DNA of 64,000 bases from Candidatus Altiarchaeota archaeon (lineage in GTDB: Archaea; Altiarchaeota; Altiarchaeia; IMC4; SCGC-AAA252-I15), in NCBI GenBank assembly GCA_043800255.1, contig JAZDNF010000008.1, positions 64,001 through 128,000 on the forward strand, written 5' to 3'. Of this stretch, positions 9,617 to 21,828 are shown in pieces (position 1 is the first letter of the stretch; each line of letters starts with the position of its first letter). The notes below the pieces were generated by a model that did not search any database, was not told the origin of the DNA, and was given only the letters and a program-made list of their open reading frames with translations. Position numbers and translations under genes: made by a program.

Positions 9617-9911
9617 TCCAACCCGTAGACCCAATTTAGGGGCCAACAGAGCCCTGCTCTGTATATTTTTCTAGATTCTTCTTATCATAATTGATGGAAT
9701 TACGCGAGTTAGAATATCTATTTAATTCATATGGGAAGAATGAGACCCCAACTATAGCCTATCGGCTGGGGGAGTATTTCTATGACCATCCTGAGCGTTT
9801 TAAATATCTCCAGATAGCAATCGCTGGCCAGATAATGTTTTTGTATCGGATAACCCAGAAACCCGTATATCCGATACATTAGATATAAACCTGTAAGAAC
9901 TAACTAAAGCC

Positions 9912-10325
9912 CTATCTGAACACGTAAAAAATAGCCACTACCAGCAATTCAAGTACGATTACGCTCCATCTCAAAGCTCCTTTTTTACTATACGTTTTGA
10001 GATAATACACATAAATGAGAAGTAAAAACTGCGATATCAATGGAATGAAAAATCGCTTGTACGTAAAGAGAATGTTCTGGATTATTAACTGCAATACATA
10101 ACCAGCAACAAGCATAGCAAATATATTTAAAAGGAAATATTTGAAACCCTTGTTCAGAGTTTCAAAAGTATTTTTGAACCCTTTTACCCAACCTTTTCCT
10201 CCTGAAAAAAGTAGTCCATCGAAATAAAGAACTATTCCCCCGGCCAATAGGATAGACAAATATGGGATTAATGGATCTATGATGTTGTTAGTATAGTCGA
10301 TAATTTCTACTATCATATTTACCAC
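9912..10325 (-). CDS. Hypothetical membrane protein (about 4 TM)
   Basis: Hydrophobic 137-aa ORF with AT-rich codons. Confidence 0.65.
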   Translation of the reverse strand: MVNMIVEIIDYTNNIIDPLIPYLSILLAGGIVLYFDGLLFSGGKGWVKGFKNTFETLNKGFKYFLLNIFAMLVAGYVLQLIIQNILFTYKRFFIPLISQFLLLIYVYYLKTYSKKGALRWSVIVLELLVVAIFYVFR

Positions 10326-10612
10326 TTGATAACACCATGGAATCTATACTTTTAAACATCTTTTGCCCGTATCTGGACGTACCCTCTCTAGATCTACAAG
10401 GTTCTTATTCTCCAACATTTAAAACCTCTTTTTAAGCGGGAAACACATAGATAGCCGTCAGTGGCAAAATGCTACTGGCATGTAAATAACGTTGCGGATT
10501 TGTAAGCGCTTGATCGGGGCGTCTGGCATTTTCAGCATTATGATGGCTTTTTTAGCCTGTTTTAGGCGGGTTCATTGGGCCGGCAGGGATTTGAACACTT
10601 GGTATGGTTTCA

Positions 10613-10963
10613 CTATTCTTGTTTTTCCAGTTCTTTCAGGAGTTGCTTTAGGGGTGTTTTTATCTCCGGTAGTTTTTCTTGGATTGTTTTCCATATGACA
10701 TCGTAGTCGACTCCGAAGTAGCCGTGGATGATTTTGTCCCTCGTCTTGGCCATGTCGCTCCAGGGGATGGCTTTGTTTTTCTGCCTTATGTCGGATGGGA
10801 CGTTCTTCGCCGCCTCGCCGATTATTTCGAGTTTTCTCACGACGGCGCTGGACGTCTTGTCGTCATCTTGGAACTGGGTTAGGCTCATACCGCCTGTGAA
10901 CGTTTGTATCTGAGCTATGGCTTCCAGGATGTCTTTTATCAGCAAGCTGTGTTTACGTTTCAT
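10613..10963 (-). CDS. HepT-like HEPN RNase toxin (DUF86)
   Basis: LEIIGEAAKNV, IPWSDM and RDKIIHGY (Rx4H-x-Y) motifs; overlaps the MNT stop codon. Confidence 0.9.
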   Translation of the reverse strand: MKRKHSLLIKDILEAIAQIQTFTGGMSLTQFQDDDKTSSAVVRKLEIIGEAAKNVPSDIRQKNKAIPWSDMAKTRDKIIHGYFGVDYDVIWKTIQEKLPEIKTPLKQLLKELEKQE

Positions 10964-11253
10964 ATCATCACTGCCTCGGACAGGATGTTCCTTCGAAGCT
11001 CCGGCCTAATGGCCCCCTTTCTCACCACGTCTACTTTCCTGCCCAATGACCTTCGCAGGCTACCTTCAAGTCTTACCAGTTCGAAAAGATCTGGTGTTGA
11101 TGTGAAGTCGACGAGTATGTCGATGTCGCTGCTTTTCTTCTGCTCCCCGCGCACAAACGACCCGAAGACTCCAATCTCGCGAACACCATACTCCGTATGC
11201 AACTTCGCCTTCCTCTTCTGGAGTATCCGTTTAATGTCGCTTAATTTTTTCAT
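10960..11253 (-). CDS. MntA-like minimal nucleotidyltransferase antitoxin
   Basis: GVFGSFVRGEQ...SDIDILVDF and LGRKVDVV motifs. Confidence 0.9.
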   Translation of the reverse strand: MKKLSDIKRILQKRKAKLHTEYGVREIGVFGSFVRGEQKKSSDIDILVDFTSTPDLFELVRLEGSLRRSLGRKVDVVRKGAIRPELRRNILSEAVMI

Positions 11254-11408
11254 CTCCTATACCCAAGATAATTCTCATCTGGCATCCCAGTAGGAACGCC
11301 AGAGCGCATGTTGTACAGATAAGAATGGTGTGCTTTTCCCTAAAATACTCCGATAGCCCCGCTCTAATTGGATAAATGTGGGCTGAGCCAACAAGGCCTG
11401 AATCTAGC

Positions 11409-11807
11409 CTACCTGCTGGTTTTCATGCTCAGGAGGACAACCAAGGTAACGACGACGCCGTATCCTATGAGCACGTTGACGTAACCCACCTGCCTGCCGA
11501 GGAACAGTAGAACCCCTACGATTAGGGAAAGCAACCCAGTCGTCAGAAACACCATCTCGATGATCGATCGGATGAGAGACCTCTTGACGGCGTAGGCAGC
11601 CTCGATGGCGTTCTCCTTCAGCTCCTCGGCTCGGGCTTCAGTCTCCTCCCTGAAGTCGTCAATCCTCTTCTCGATCTGGTAGACGTGGTCCAGGTAGGAG
11701 ACGAACAGGCGTGCGATGCCGTCAACCACGCCAGCGCCCCTCTCGATGCCATGCGACAGCAGCCCCTCAACAGGTGACCTGTCCTTTTTCGACTTTCTGA
11801 ATCCCAT
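11409..11807 (-). CDS. Small membrane protein (YqjE/holin-like topology)
   Basis: N-terminal helical region plus two C-terminal TM helices; follows a YqjD-like gene. Confidence 0.5.
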   Translation of the reverse strand: MGFRKSKKDRSPVEGLLSHGIERGAGVVDGIARLFVSYLDHVYQIEKRIDDFREETEARAEELKENAIEAAYAVKRSLIRSIIEMVFLTTGLLSLIVGVLLFLGRQVGYVNVLIGYGVVVTLVVLLSMKTSR

Positions 11808-11810
11808 AAT

Positions 11811-12176
11811 CTACTTCCTCAGCTTCCTGACCAGCAACGCGGCTGAGATGGCCGCTATAGTCACCCCAACAGCTGCTGCAGCTGCTGCGGCCGCGGTCTT
11901 GGTCGGATGCTTCCTGACTGTTGTGACAATCCTCTGCTCGGCCTTAGAGATGTCAGCCTTTATCTTCTTCTCGTATTTTTTCTTCTCCCGGTTCCAGTCC
12001 TTGCCGGCTGCACTGACCTTCTTCTTGTACTCTGCCCTCAGCTTATTCTCGAGAACGCTCATATCCTTCCTGACCTTGGACTCGTATTTTTTCAAATCCT
12101 TCTTGGCTATTGCCTGGACCTTTTTGACATTTGCCCTGATCTTCCTCTTCGTAGAACTTTTCACCTTGAAAATCAC
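11811..12176 (-). CDS. Basic helical tail-anchored protein (ElaB/YqjD/DUF883-like)
   Basis: Lys-rich helix, then VRKHP followed by a single C-terminal hydrophobic helix and a basic tail. Confidence 0.5.
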   Translation of the reverse strand: MIFKVKSSTKRKIRANVKKVQAIAKKDLKKYESKVRKDMSVLENKLRAEYKKKVSAAGKDWNREKKKYEKKIKADISKAEQRIVTTVRKHPTKTAAAAAAAAVGVTIAAISAALLVRKLRK

Positions 12177-12227
12177 CTCATTATAGTTAAATGTTACAGT
12201 ATTAAATTATTAAAATAAAAGCAGCTG

Positions 12228-12959
12228 ATGATGATGGAACACTGGAAAGCCTTCAAAAAGCCGTTCGACGACGTCTACAAATTGGCTGTTGGAGTGGCGT
12301 TAAGCAGCATACCGATAGTAAGATGGGTCTCGAAAGGCTACATGCTCGAGAACTCAGGGATCGGGGCAGAAAAGCCTTCAGATGAGATGCCGGGATGGGA
12401 GGACTGGCGGACTCTATGGGTGAAAGGATTCCACGCCGCCCTCATAATGATAGCCTACAATCTGCCTGCGATAATAGTCGGCATCGTGGGAGTGAGCATC
12501 GCATCTGCCGGCCTGATTAGCGCATACTCTGCCATACTGACGCCCGACATCATGGAAGAGATGCGAAGCGGGATGCTGGACTTGAAGACCATAACGGAGC
12601 TGACAGTCTCGAATGCTGAGGCCATTATGCCCCACCTTTACAGGCTGATGCCGGCGGTCGCCATAGCTCTGCTCCTGAAGATAATGGCAAGCATACTGAC
12701 GCCGATAGCAACCCTCCAATACCTTGAGAGGGGGAGGATGTCAGACGCCTTCAAATTCAAGAGAATTCTGAGAGTGGTCGCCAGCCTAGACTATGTCATA
12801 GCATGGTTCACCGTGCAAGCCTATACGATGGTGGCAGGCATCATGTTCGCCATGATCCCGCTGGCAGGATACGGGACAGCATACTTTATAACAGGAATAT
12901 ACGCTTACACAGTATATGGCCAAGTATACCGGAATCAGTCCTCGGATACTGTGATGTAG
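12228..12959 (+). CDS. DUF4013-like membrane protein
   Basis: SSIPIV...KGY, MPGWEDW...KG and AFKF patterns; multiple TM helices. Confidence 0.7.
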   Translation: MMMEHWKAFKKPFDDVYKLAVGVALSSIPIVRWVSKGYMLENSGIGAEKPSDEMPGWEDWRTLWVKGFHAALIMIAYNLPAIIVGIVGVSIASAGLISAYSAILTPDIMEEMRSGMLDLKTITELTVSNAEAIMPHLYRLMPAVAIALLLKIMASILTPIATLQYLERGRMSDAFKFKRILRVVASLDYVIAWFTVQAYTMVAGIMFAMIPLAGYGTAYFITGIYAYTVYGQVYRNQSSDTVM

Positions 12960-13399
12960 ACTACGTCCTTAGCGCCTTCGTTGTAATTCTCAGGCTTCGC
13001 TGTCACATCCACACGATACTTGCCTGGAAGAGAGCCTGTCAGAGCGCGGACGTCGAATTTGACCTTCCTCGACTCCTCAGGACCAATCAGGACGTCACTC
13101 TCGAATGCGTATTTTGTCCCGGACTTGACGAAGACGAAGCTCTCATCGTGGGTCTGCGCTTCGATGCTTATTCGCGCATCCTCGTTCTCGTCCAGGTTTT
13201 TGACCTCAATCTCTATGGTGGAGCGTTCACCGATTTTCACCTTCCCAGGGTCGGCGCTGGCGGTTACGCCGATGTTGCCCTGCACAGAGTACCTTGAAGG
13301 CAGATTCAGCAGGATTAGGGCGACTATGATGATAACCACAAGAAGGGCTAGGACAGAGGTCCAGCGCACCTTCGAAAACAGCCTCTTAAGGTCTTCCAT
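12935..13399 (-). CDS. Membrane-anchored Ig-like secreted protein
   Basis: N-terminal TM helix followed by a beta-rich domain (IEVKN, PGKYRVDV). Confidence 0.6.
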   Translation of the reverse strand: MEDLKRLFSKVRWTSVLALLVVIIIVALILLNLPSRYSVQGNIGVTASADPGKVKIGERSTIEIEVKNLDENEDARISIEAQTHDESFVFVKSGTKYAFESDVLIGPEESRKVKFDVRALTGSLPGKYRVDVTAKPENYNEGAKDVVYITVSED

Positions 13400-13460
13400 G
13401 TCCTATTAGATTAGTATTTCGCGTATAAAAATTATTAACCAACCAATCACAGTAGATGAC

Positions 13461-14150
13461 ATGATAGGAGTTCTGGGTGGGACTGGACTGGCTGACGGGT
13501 TCCTGAGAGAGTACAGGAAGACGAGGATAAAGACGCCCTACGGGACAGTGACCGTATTGAGAGGCGACGACATACTCCTGGTGCAACGCCATGGCGCGGA
13601 CAGGAAGACGCCGCCTCACATGATAAACCACAAGGCGAACGCATACGCCCTCAAAAAAGCAGGCATCTCGACTGTTGTCGGCGTGAACTCCTCAGGGTCA
13701 TTGAAGAGGAACATCAAACCAGGATACTTCGTAGTGCCCCACGACTACATCAACTTCTACAACGTGCAGACATACTATGACAGGACGATAAAGCACATAA
13801 CGCCCGGCCTGAGCGAAGATATCAGGGAGAGGATAATAAAGGCCGCACGAAAGGAGAAGGTCAAATTGGTAGAGAGGGGAGTCTACTTCCAGACGAGGGG
13901 GCCGAGGCTCGAAACCAAGGCGGAAATCAGAATGATAAAAGATTACGCTGACATAATTGGGATGACCATGGGCACCGAGGCGACGCTGTGCAAGGAGCTG
14001 GGGCTGGAGTATGCGTCACTGTGCACTGTGGATAATTACGCTAACGGGATTGCTGACGAGAGGATAGACTTCGAGGAAATCTTCAAGAAGTCGAGGAAAA
14101 AATCCGAGAAAGTGAAGAGGGTATTGTACACCATCGCAGGGGAGCTTTGA
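13461..14150 (+). CDS. MTAP-family purine nucleoside phosphorylase (probable methylthioinosine phosphorylase)
   Basis: IGVLGGTG, RHG, PPHMINHKAN, GPRLETKAE and GMT motifs. Confidence 0.9.
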   Translation: MIGVLGGTGLADGFLREYRKTRIKTPYGTVTVLRGDDILLVQRHGADRKTPPHMINHKANAYALKKAGISTVVGVNSSGSLKRNIKPGYFVVPHDYINFYNVQTYYDRTIKHITPGLSEDIRERIIKAARKEKVKLVERGVYFQTRGPRLETKAEIRMIKDYADIIGMTMGTEATLCKELGLEYASLCTVDNYANGIADERIDFEEIFKKSRKKSEKVKRVLYTIAGEL

Positions 14151-15406
14151 TGAGCATACTGGTAGAGGACGTCCTGGTCGACGGAAAAGAGACCAGCATC
14201 TACGTCGAAGAGAACGTCATAACAGAGGTTGGGAGAAAACACGACGCAGACGTTACCATAGACGGAAAAGGAAAGGCAGCCATACCTGGGCTAATAAACG
14301 CGCACACCCACGCTGCCATGACGTTGATGAGAGGATACGCCGATGACTTGGAACTCCACGACTGGCTTCAGAACCACATATGGCCGCTGGAGGCGAAACT
14401 GAAGGAGGAGGACGTCTACTGGGGCGCGAAACTCGCATGCCTTGAGATGATAAAAACTGGCACAACATGCTTCAACGACATGTACTGGCAGCCGGAGGGA
14501 ACTGCAAAAGCTGCCGAGGAGATGGGCATAAGAGGAGTCATATCAAGCGTGTTCATAGACCTCTTCGACAATAAAAGAGCAGAGGAGCAGATAAGAGAGA
14601 ATGAGAAGCTGATGCCGCGGCTCAGGAAAAGATACTCGGACAGGATTGTCCCGGCCCTGGGGCCGCACGCAGTCTACACGGTCTCGAAGGACAGTCTGGA
14701 TTGGATCAGAGAATACTCGCAGGAGAACAACACGCTCATCCACTTCCACCTCGCTGAAACGAGGAAGGAGAACGAGGACTGCCTGAAGCGGAACGGGAAA
14801 AGGCCGATACCATACCTCGATGGGATAGGCTTCCTAACTGACAAACTGGTAGCCTGCCACAGCGTCTGGCTGACGAAGGACGAGATCAGGACGATGGCTA
14901 AACACAACGTTAAGGTCGCCAACAACCCCACGTCGAATATGAAACTTGCGACTGGGGGGGTCATAGCATACCCTCAGATGAAAGCTGCCGGGATGACTGT
15001 AGCATTGGGAACAGACGGCTGCGCGTCAAACAACAACCTGGACATGTTCGAGGCGATGAAATTCGCATCACTGCTGCAGAAAGCCCACCTGTGGGATCAG
15101 ACGGTGATGCCGGCGAAGGAAGCCTACCAGATGGCAACGACAGAGGGAGCTAAAGCCCTGAACCTCAATGCAGGAGCCATAGAAGAGGGCAAACTGGCTG
15201 ACATAATCCTGATAGACCTGAAGAGGCCGGAGCTGACGCCGCACTATAACATCCACTCTGACCTGGTTTACGCTGCAAACGGATCATGCGTTAACACGAC
15301 AATATGCGATGGAAAAGTGCTCATGGAGGACAGAAGAGTGGAGGGGGAGGAGAAGATAATGGAGAAGGCTTCAGAGGTCGCTAAAAAATTGGTGAAAAAT
15401 GCTTGA
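14147..15406 (+). CDS. 5'-deoxyadenosine/MTA/SAH deaminase (DadD/MtaD family)
   Basis: NAHTH, HFHLAET and LGTDGCASNNNLDM amidohydrolase motifs; context with MTAP and hpt. Confidence 0.85.
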   Translation: MMSILVEDVLVDGKETSIYVEENVITEVGRKHDADVTIDGKGKAAIPGLINAHTHAAMTLMRGYADDLELHDWLQNHIWPLEAKLKEEDVYWGAKLACLEMIKTGTTCFNDMYWQPEGTAKAAEEMGIRGVISSVFIDLFDNKRAEEQIRENEKLMPRLRKRYSDRIVPALGPHAVYTVSKDSLDWIREYSQENNTLIHFHLAETRKENEDCLKRNGKRPIPYLDGIGFLTDKLVACHSVWLTKDEIRTMAKHNVKVANNPTSNMKLATGGVIAYPQMKAAGMTVALGTDGCASNNNLDMFEAMKFASLLQKAHLWDQTVMPAKEAYQMATTEGAKALNLNAGAIEEGKLADIILIDLKRPELTPHYNIHSDLVYAANGSCVNTTICDGKVLMEDRRVEGEEKIMEKASEVAKKLVKNA

Positions 15407-15962
15407 AATGCTGAAAAAATCATTGGAAGAGGCGCCTGTGATGAAACGCGGAGAATACAGCTACTTCATACACCCTCTCACGGACGCAATACCCAGAATA
15501 CAGCCTGAACTCCTGGACGAGGTCGCGGAGGCAATCATAGAAAACTCTGAGATGGACGTTGACACGATACTGACGATGGAGGCCATGGGAATCCACATCG
15601 CAGCCGCCATCAGCCTGAAGACAGGCCTGCCGTTCAACATCATAAGGAAGAGGGAATACGGCCTGCCGGGAGAGGTCGTGCTGGACCAGAGCACAGGCTA
15701 CAGCAAGGGGAAGATGTACATCAACGACATCCGCAAGGGAGACAAGGTGACCATAGTGGATGCAGTGATAAGCACTGGCGGGACACTCAACGCGGTCATA
15801 AAAGGGCTTGAGAGGATTGGAGCGGAGATAAAAGACATAATATGCGTCATCGAGAGAGGAGACGGCGTGAAAAAAGTAATGAAGGAGACAGGTTACAAGG
15901 TAAAGACTCTAGTCAAGATAGAGGTTGACGGGAACGTCAAAATAGTGAAGTCAATAGGCTAA
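15399..15962 (+). CDS. hpt: Archaeal hypoxanthine/guanine phosphoribosyltransferase
   Basis: YSYFIHPLTD, EAMGIH, RKREYGLPGE, TGYSKG and VDAVISTGGT motifs. Confidence 0.88.
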   Translation: MLEMLKKSLEEAPVMKRGEYSYFIHPLTDAIPRIQPELLDEVAEAIIENSEMDVDTILTMEAMGIHIAAAISLKTGLPFNIIRKREYGLPGEVVLDQSTGYSKGKMYINDIRKGDKVTIVDAVISTGGTLNAVIKGLERIGAEIKDIICVIERGDGVKKVMKETGYKVKTLVKIEVDGNVKIVKSIG

Positions 15963-16138
15963 GGCAGCCTGTCCAGAAGGTCATCGGGGACGCTGTCAAC
16001 CTTCCTGCCCTGCAGGCACTCCCTGCAGATACCGCCAACAGTGATATCGTTGGGGCAGACCCGCCTGCCGCACAGAGGGCAGGTTAGCAGCTGCTTGGCT
16101 GCGTCACCGCATATGTCGCACAGCCCCGCCGAATTCAT
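15959..16138 (-). CDS. Small zinc-finger protein, 59 aa (absent from the ORF track)
   Basis: Hand translation MNSAGLCDICGDAAKQLLTCPLCGRRVCPNDITVGGICRECLQGRKVDSVPDDLLDRLP. Starts immediately after the upstream stop. Confidence 0.8.
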   Translation of the reverse strand: MNSAGLCDICGDAAKQLLTCPLCGRRVCPNDITVGGICRECLQGRKVDSVPDDLLDRLP

Positions 16139-16139
16139 C

Positions 16140-16562
16140 TTAGCTTGCTTTTTTGAACTTGAGCTGCTCCGGCTTCACCTCAACCTTGGGAAGCTGCATC
16201 GGAGGCGGAAGCTGCAGCTTTCTGGCTATCTCAAGAGACTCCAGGAGGGATTCCCTGACGATTGCAGTCGAAATCTCGGCCACAACGTCCTTCTTCAGCT
16301 CGATACTGTCCTTCGACACCTTGATCATCTTCTCAAGCTCAGAGTTAACGTACCAGAGTCTGCCCTGTACTAGAATGTTCCCGATGTCAGGCTCGTAGTT
16401 GACATCATACTTGAAGGCGACTACAAGATGGTCGCCTATGTTCTTGTCCTTCTCCTTCTTGATGGAGGATATCGTCGACCTCGCGTTAGCCGTAACCCTG
16501 TCCTTGACATCCCCCTTCCGCTCCCCGCTAATCTTCTCAATCTTGATGTTCAGAATTGGCAT
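16140..16562 (-). CDS. Conserved archaeal hypothetical protein
   Basis: MPILNIKIEKISGER...LQLPPPMQLPKV; co-oriented between scpA and the zinc-finger gene. Confidence 0.7.
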   Translation of the reverse strand: MPILNIKIEKISGERKGDVKDRVTANARSTISSIKKEKDKNIGDHLVVAFKYDVNYEPDIGNILVQGRLWYVNSELEKMIKVSKDSIELKKDVVAEISTAIVRESLLESLEIARKLQLPPPMQLPKVEVKPEQLKFKKAS

Positions 16563-16610
16563 AGTATCACCGTGTAGCATATATTAGAAGGTCGGATATA
16601 AAAGTCACCC

Positions 16611-17318
16611 TCAGTCGAGGAACGGGTTACTTCTTATGTAGATTTCGCCGAAGAGCTTCTCCTGCCGCAGGTGAACCTGCTCCCTGTTGGAGAGGTGCAG
16701 AAGCGAAAGGAATGTCGAGATTATCTCCCGTTTGGTCTTAGCGAGCTCGGAGAATAGAACAACCTCCTTCTTCGTCAGTAGATCGAGAACCCGGGTGTAC
16801 GTCTCCTCTATTATGGTGTTAAGGTCGAACTCCTCAGACAGCACCAGGACGTTCAACTCCGGCTCATTCGCGGACTCGAAAAGCCTGCTCTTCTTCACAG
16901 AGTACTCTAAGAGGGCCTTCTCTATGGCCCCGATAAGCTCCTCAGCCGTGACCCGCCGCGTTATGACCCTCTTAGGCTTCAGCCCGAACTCCAGCTCGTC
17001 GAGGCCTGCACCGGTGAAGCTCGAATAGTCCGGAATCTCCTCCCCGAAGAAGTACTGGAAGGATGCTGCCAGCTCATTGTAGGGCTCCTTTTCCACTGGG
17101 TTGAGTATGTCAGCCTTCATCCTGAGGAGGACACTAGAAACGAGCACAACATTCGCGGGAATCCTGAAGTTCATCTCCCGCATCTCCTGAACCCGCTTAG
17201 AGTACCGTGTCGCAAGCTCCGAGAGGTCAATATCCCAGGGGTTGCTCTCCTTTATCACTTCGTAGAGTATGTCCCTCCACGTCAGGTCTTCCGATTCGAT
17301 AAGGGTGTCAAAGTCCAT
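16611..17318 (-). CDS. scpA: Segregation and condensation protein A (kleisin)
   Basis: NPWDIDL, SVLLRMKAD and STFLSLLHL...QEKLFGEIYI motifs. Confidence 0.85.
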   Translation of the reverse strand: MDFDTLIESEDLTWRDILYEVIKESNPWDIDLSELATRYSKRVQEMREMNFRIPANVVLVSSVLLRMKADILNPVEKEPYNELAASFQYFFGEEIPDYSSFTGAGLDELEFGLKPKRVITRRVTAEELIGAIEKALLEYSVKKSRLFESANEPELNVLVLSEEFDLNTIIEETYTRVLDLLTKKEVVLFSELAKTKREIISTFLSLLHLSNREQVHLRQEKLFGEIYIRSNPFLD

Positions 17319-17427
17319 CCTAGAATGATATCACATCAGCCAAAAAACACCCTAGTAGTATATGCACTCCCAGCCTTAAAAACGGAGGGCCTTGTTTTTT
17401 ATCCTCAGTAGTAATAAGTTATGGTGA

Positions 17428-21632
<4,205 letters not shown>

Positions 21633-21828
21633 ATAGTATCACCTGGTTACGTGTTCCAAAAAAAATAAGTAAGAATATCCGATTTTATCCTTATATATGC
21701 GGCGTAAGATTCGACTACGAGAGAATCGGGGCAGGATGGGAGAAGCACATGAAACCCGGGAACGACCTGAAAAAATGCATAAAAGCAGGCTGGCCGTCGG
21801 TTAATAAAAACTGCGGTAAATTACTATT

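Larger units (their letters stand above)
9619..11400. mobile_element. AT-rich accessory region downstream of tRNA-Asp
   Basis: Visible drop in GC. Contains an orphan membrane gene and a TA pair, a degenerate tRNA-Asp 3' copy at 10512-10523 and a foreign tRNA 3' fragment at 10576-10596. No integrase. Right boundary approximate. Confidence 0.6.

Noticed and set aside
9395-9646. ORFs overlapping tRNA loci (also 7379-7567, 26430-26694, 32278-32790, 54252-54578)
   Set aside because: They are chance frames across tRNA genes and hairpin elements, with no protein motifs.
9691-9882. 63-aa ORF in the tRNA-Asp island
   Set aside because: Short with no motif; cannot be distinguished from a decayed gene fragment.
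11355-11363. AGCCCCGCT shared with the reverse complement of about 58368-58376, as a possible common island end
   Set aside because: Only 9 bp with no extended similarity; expected by chance.
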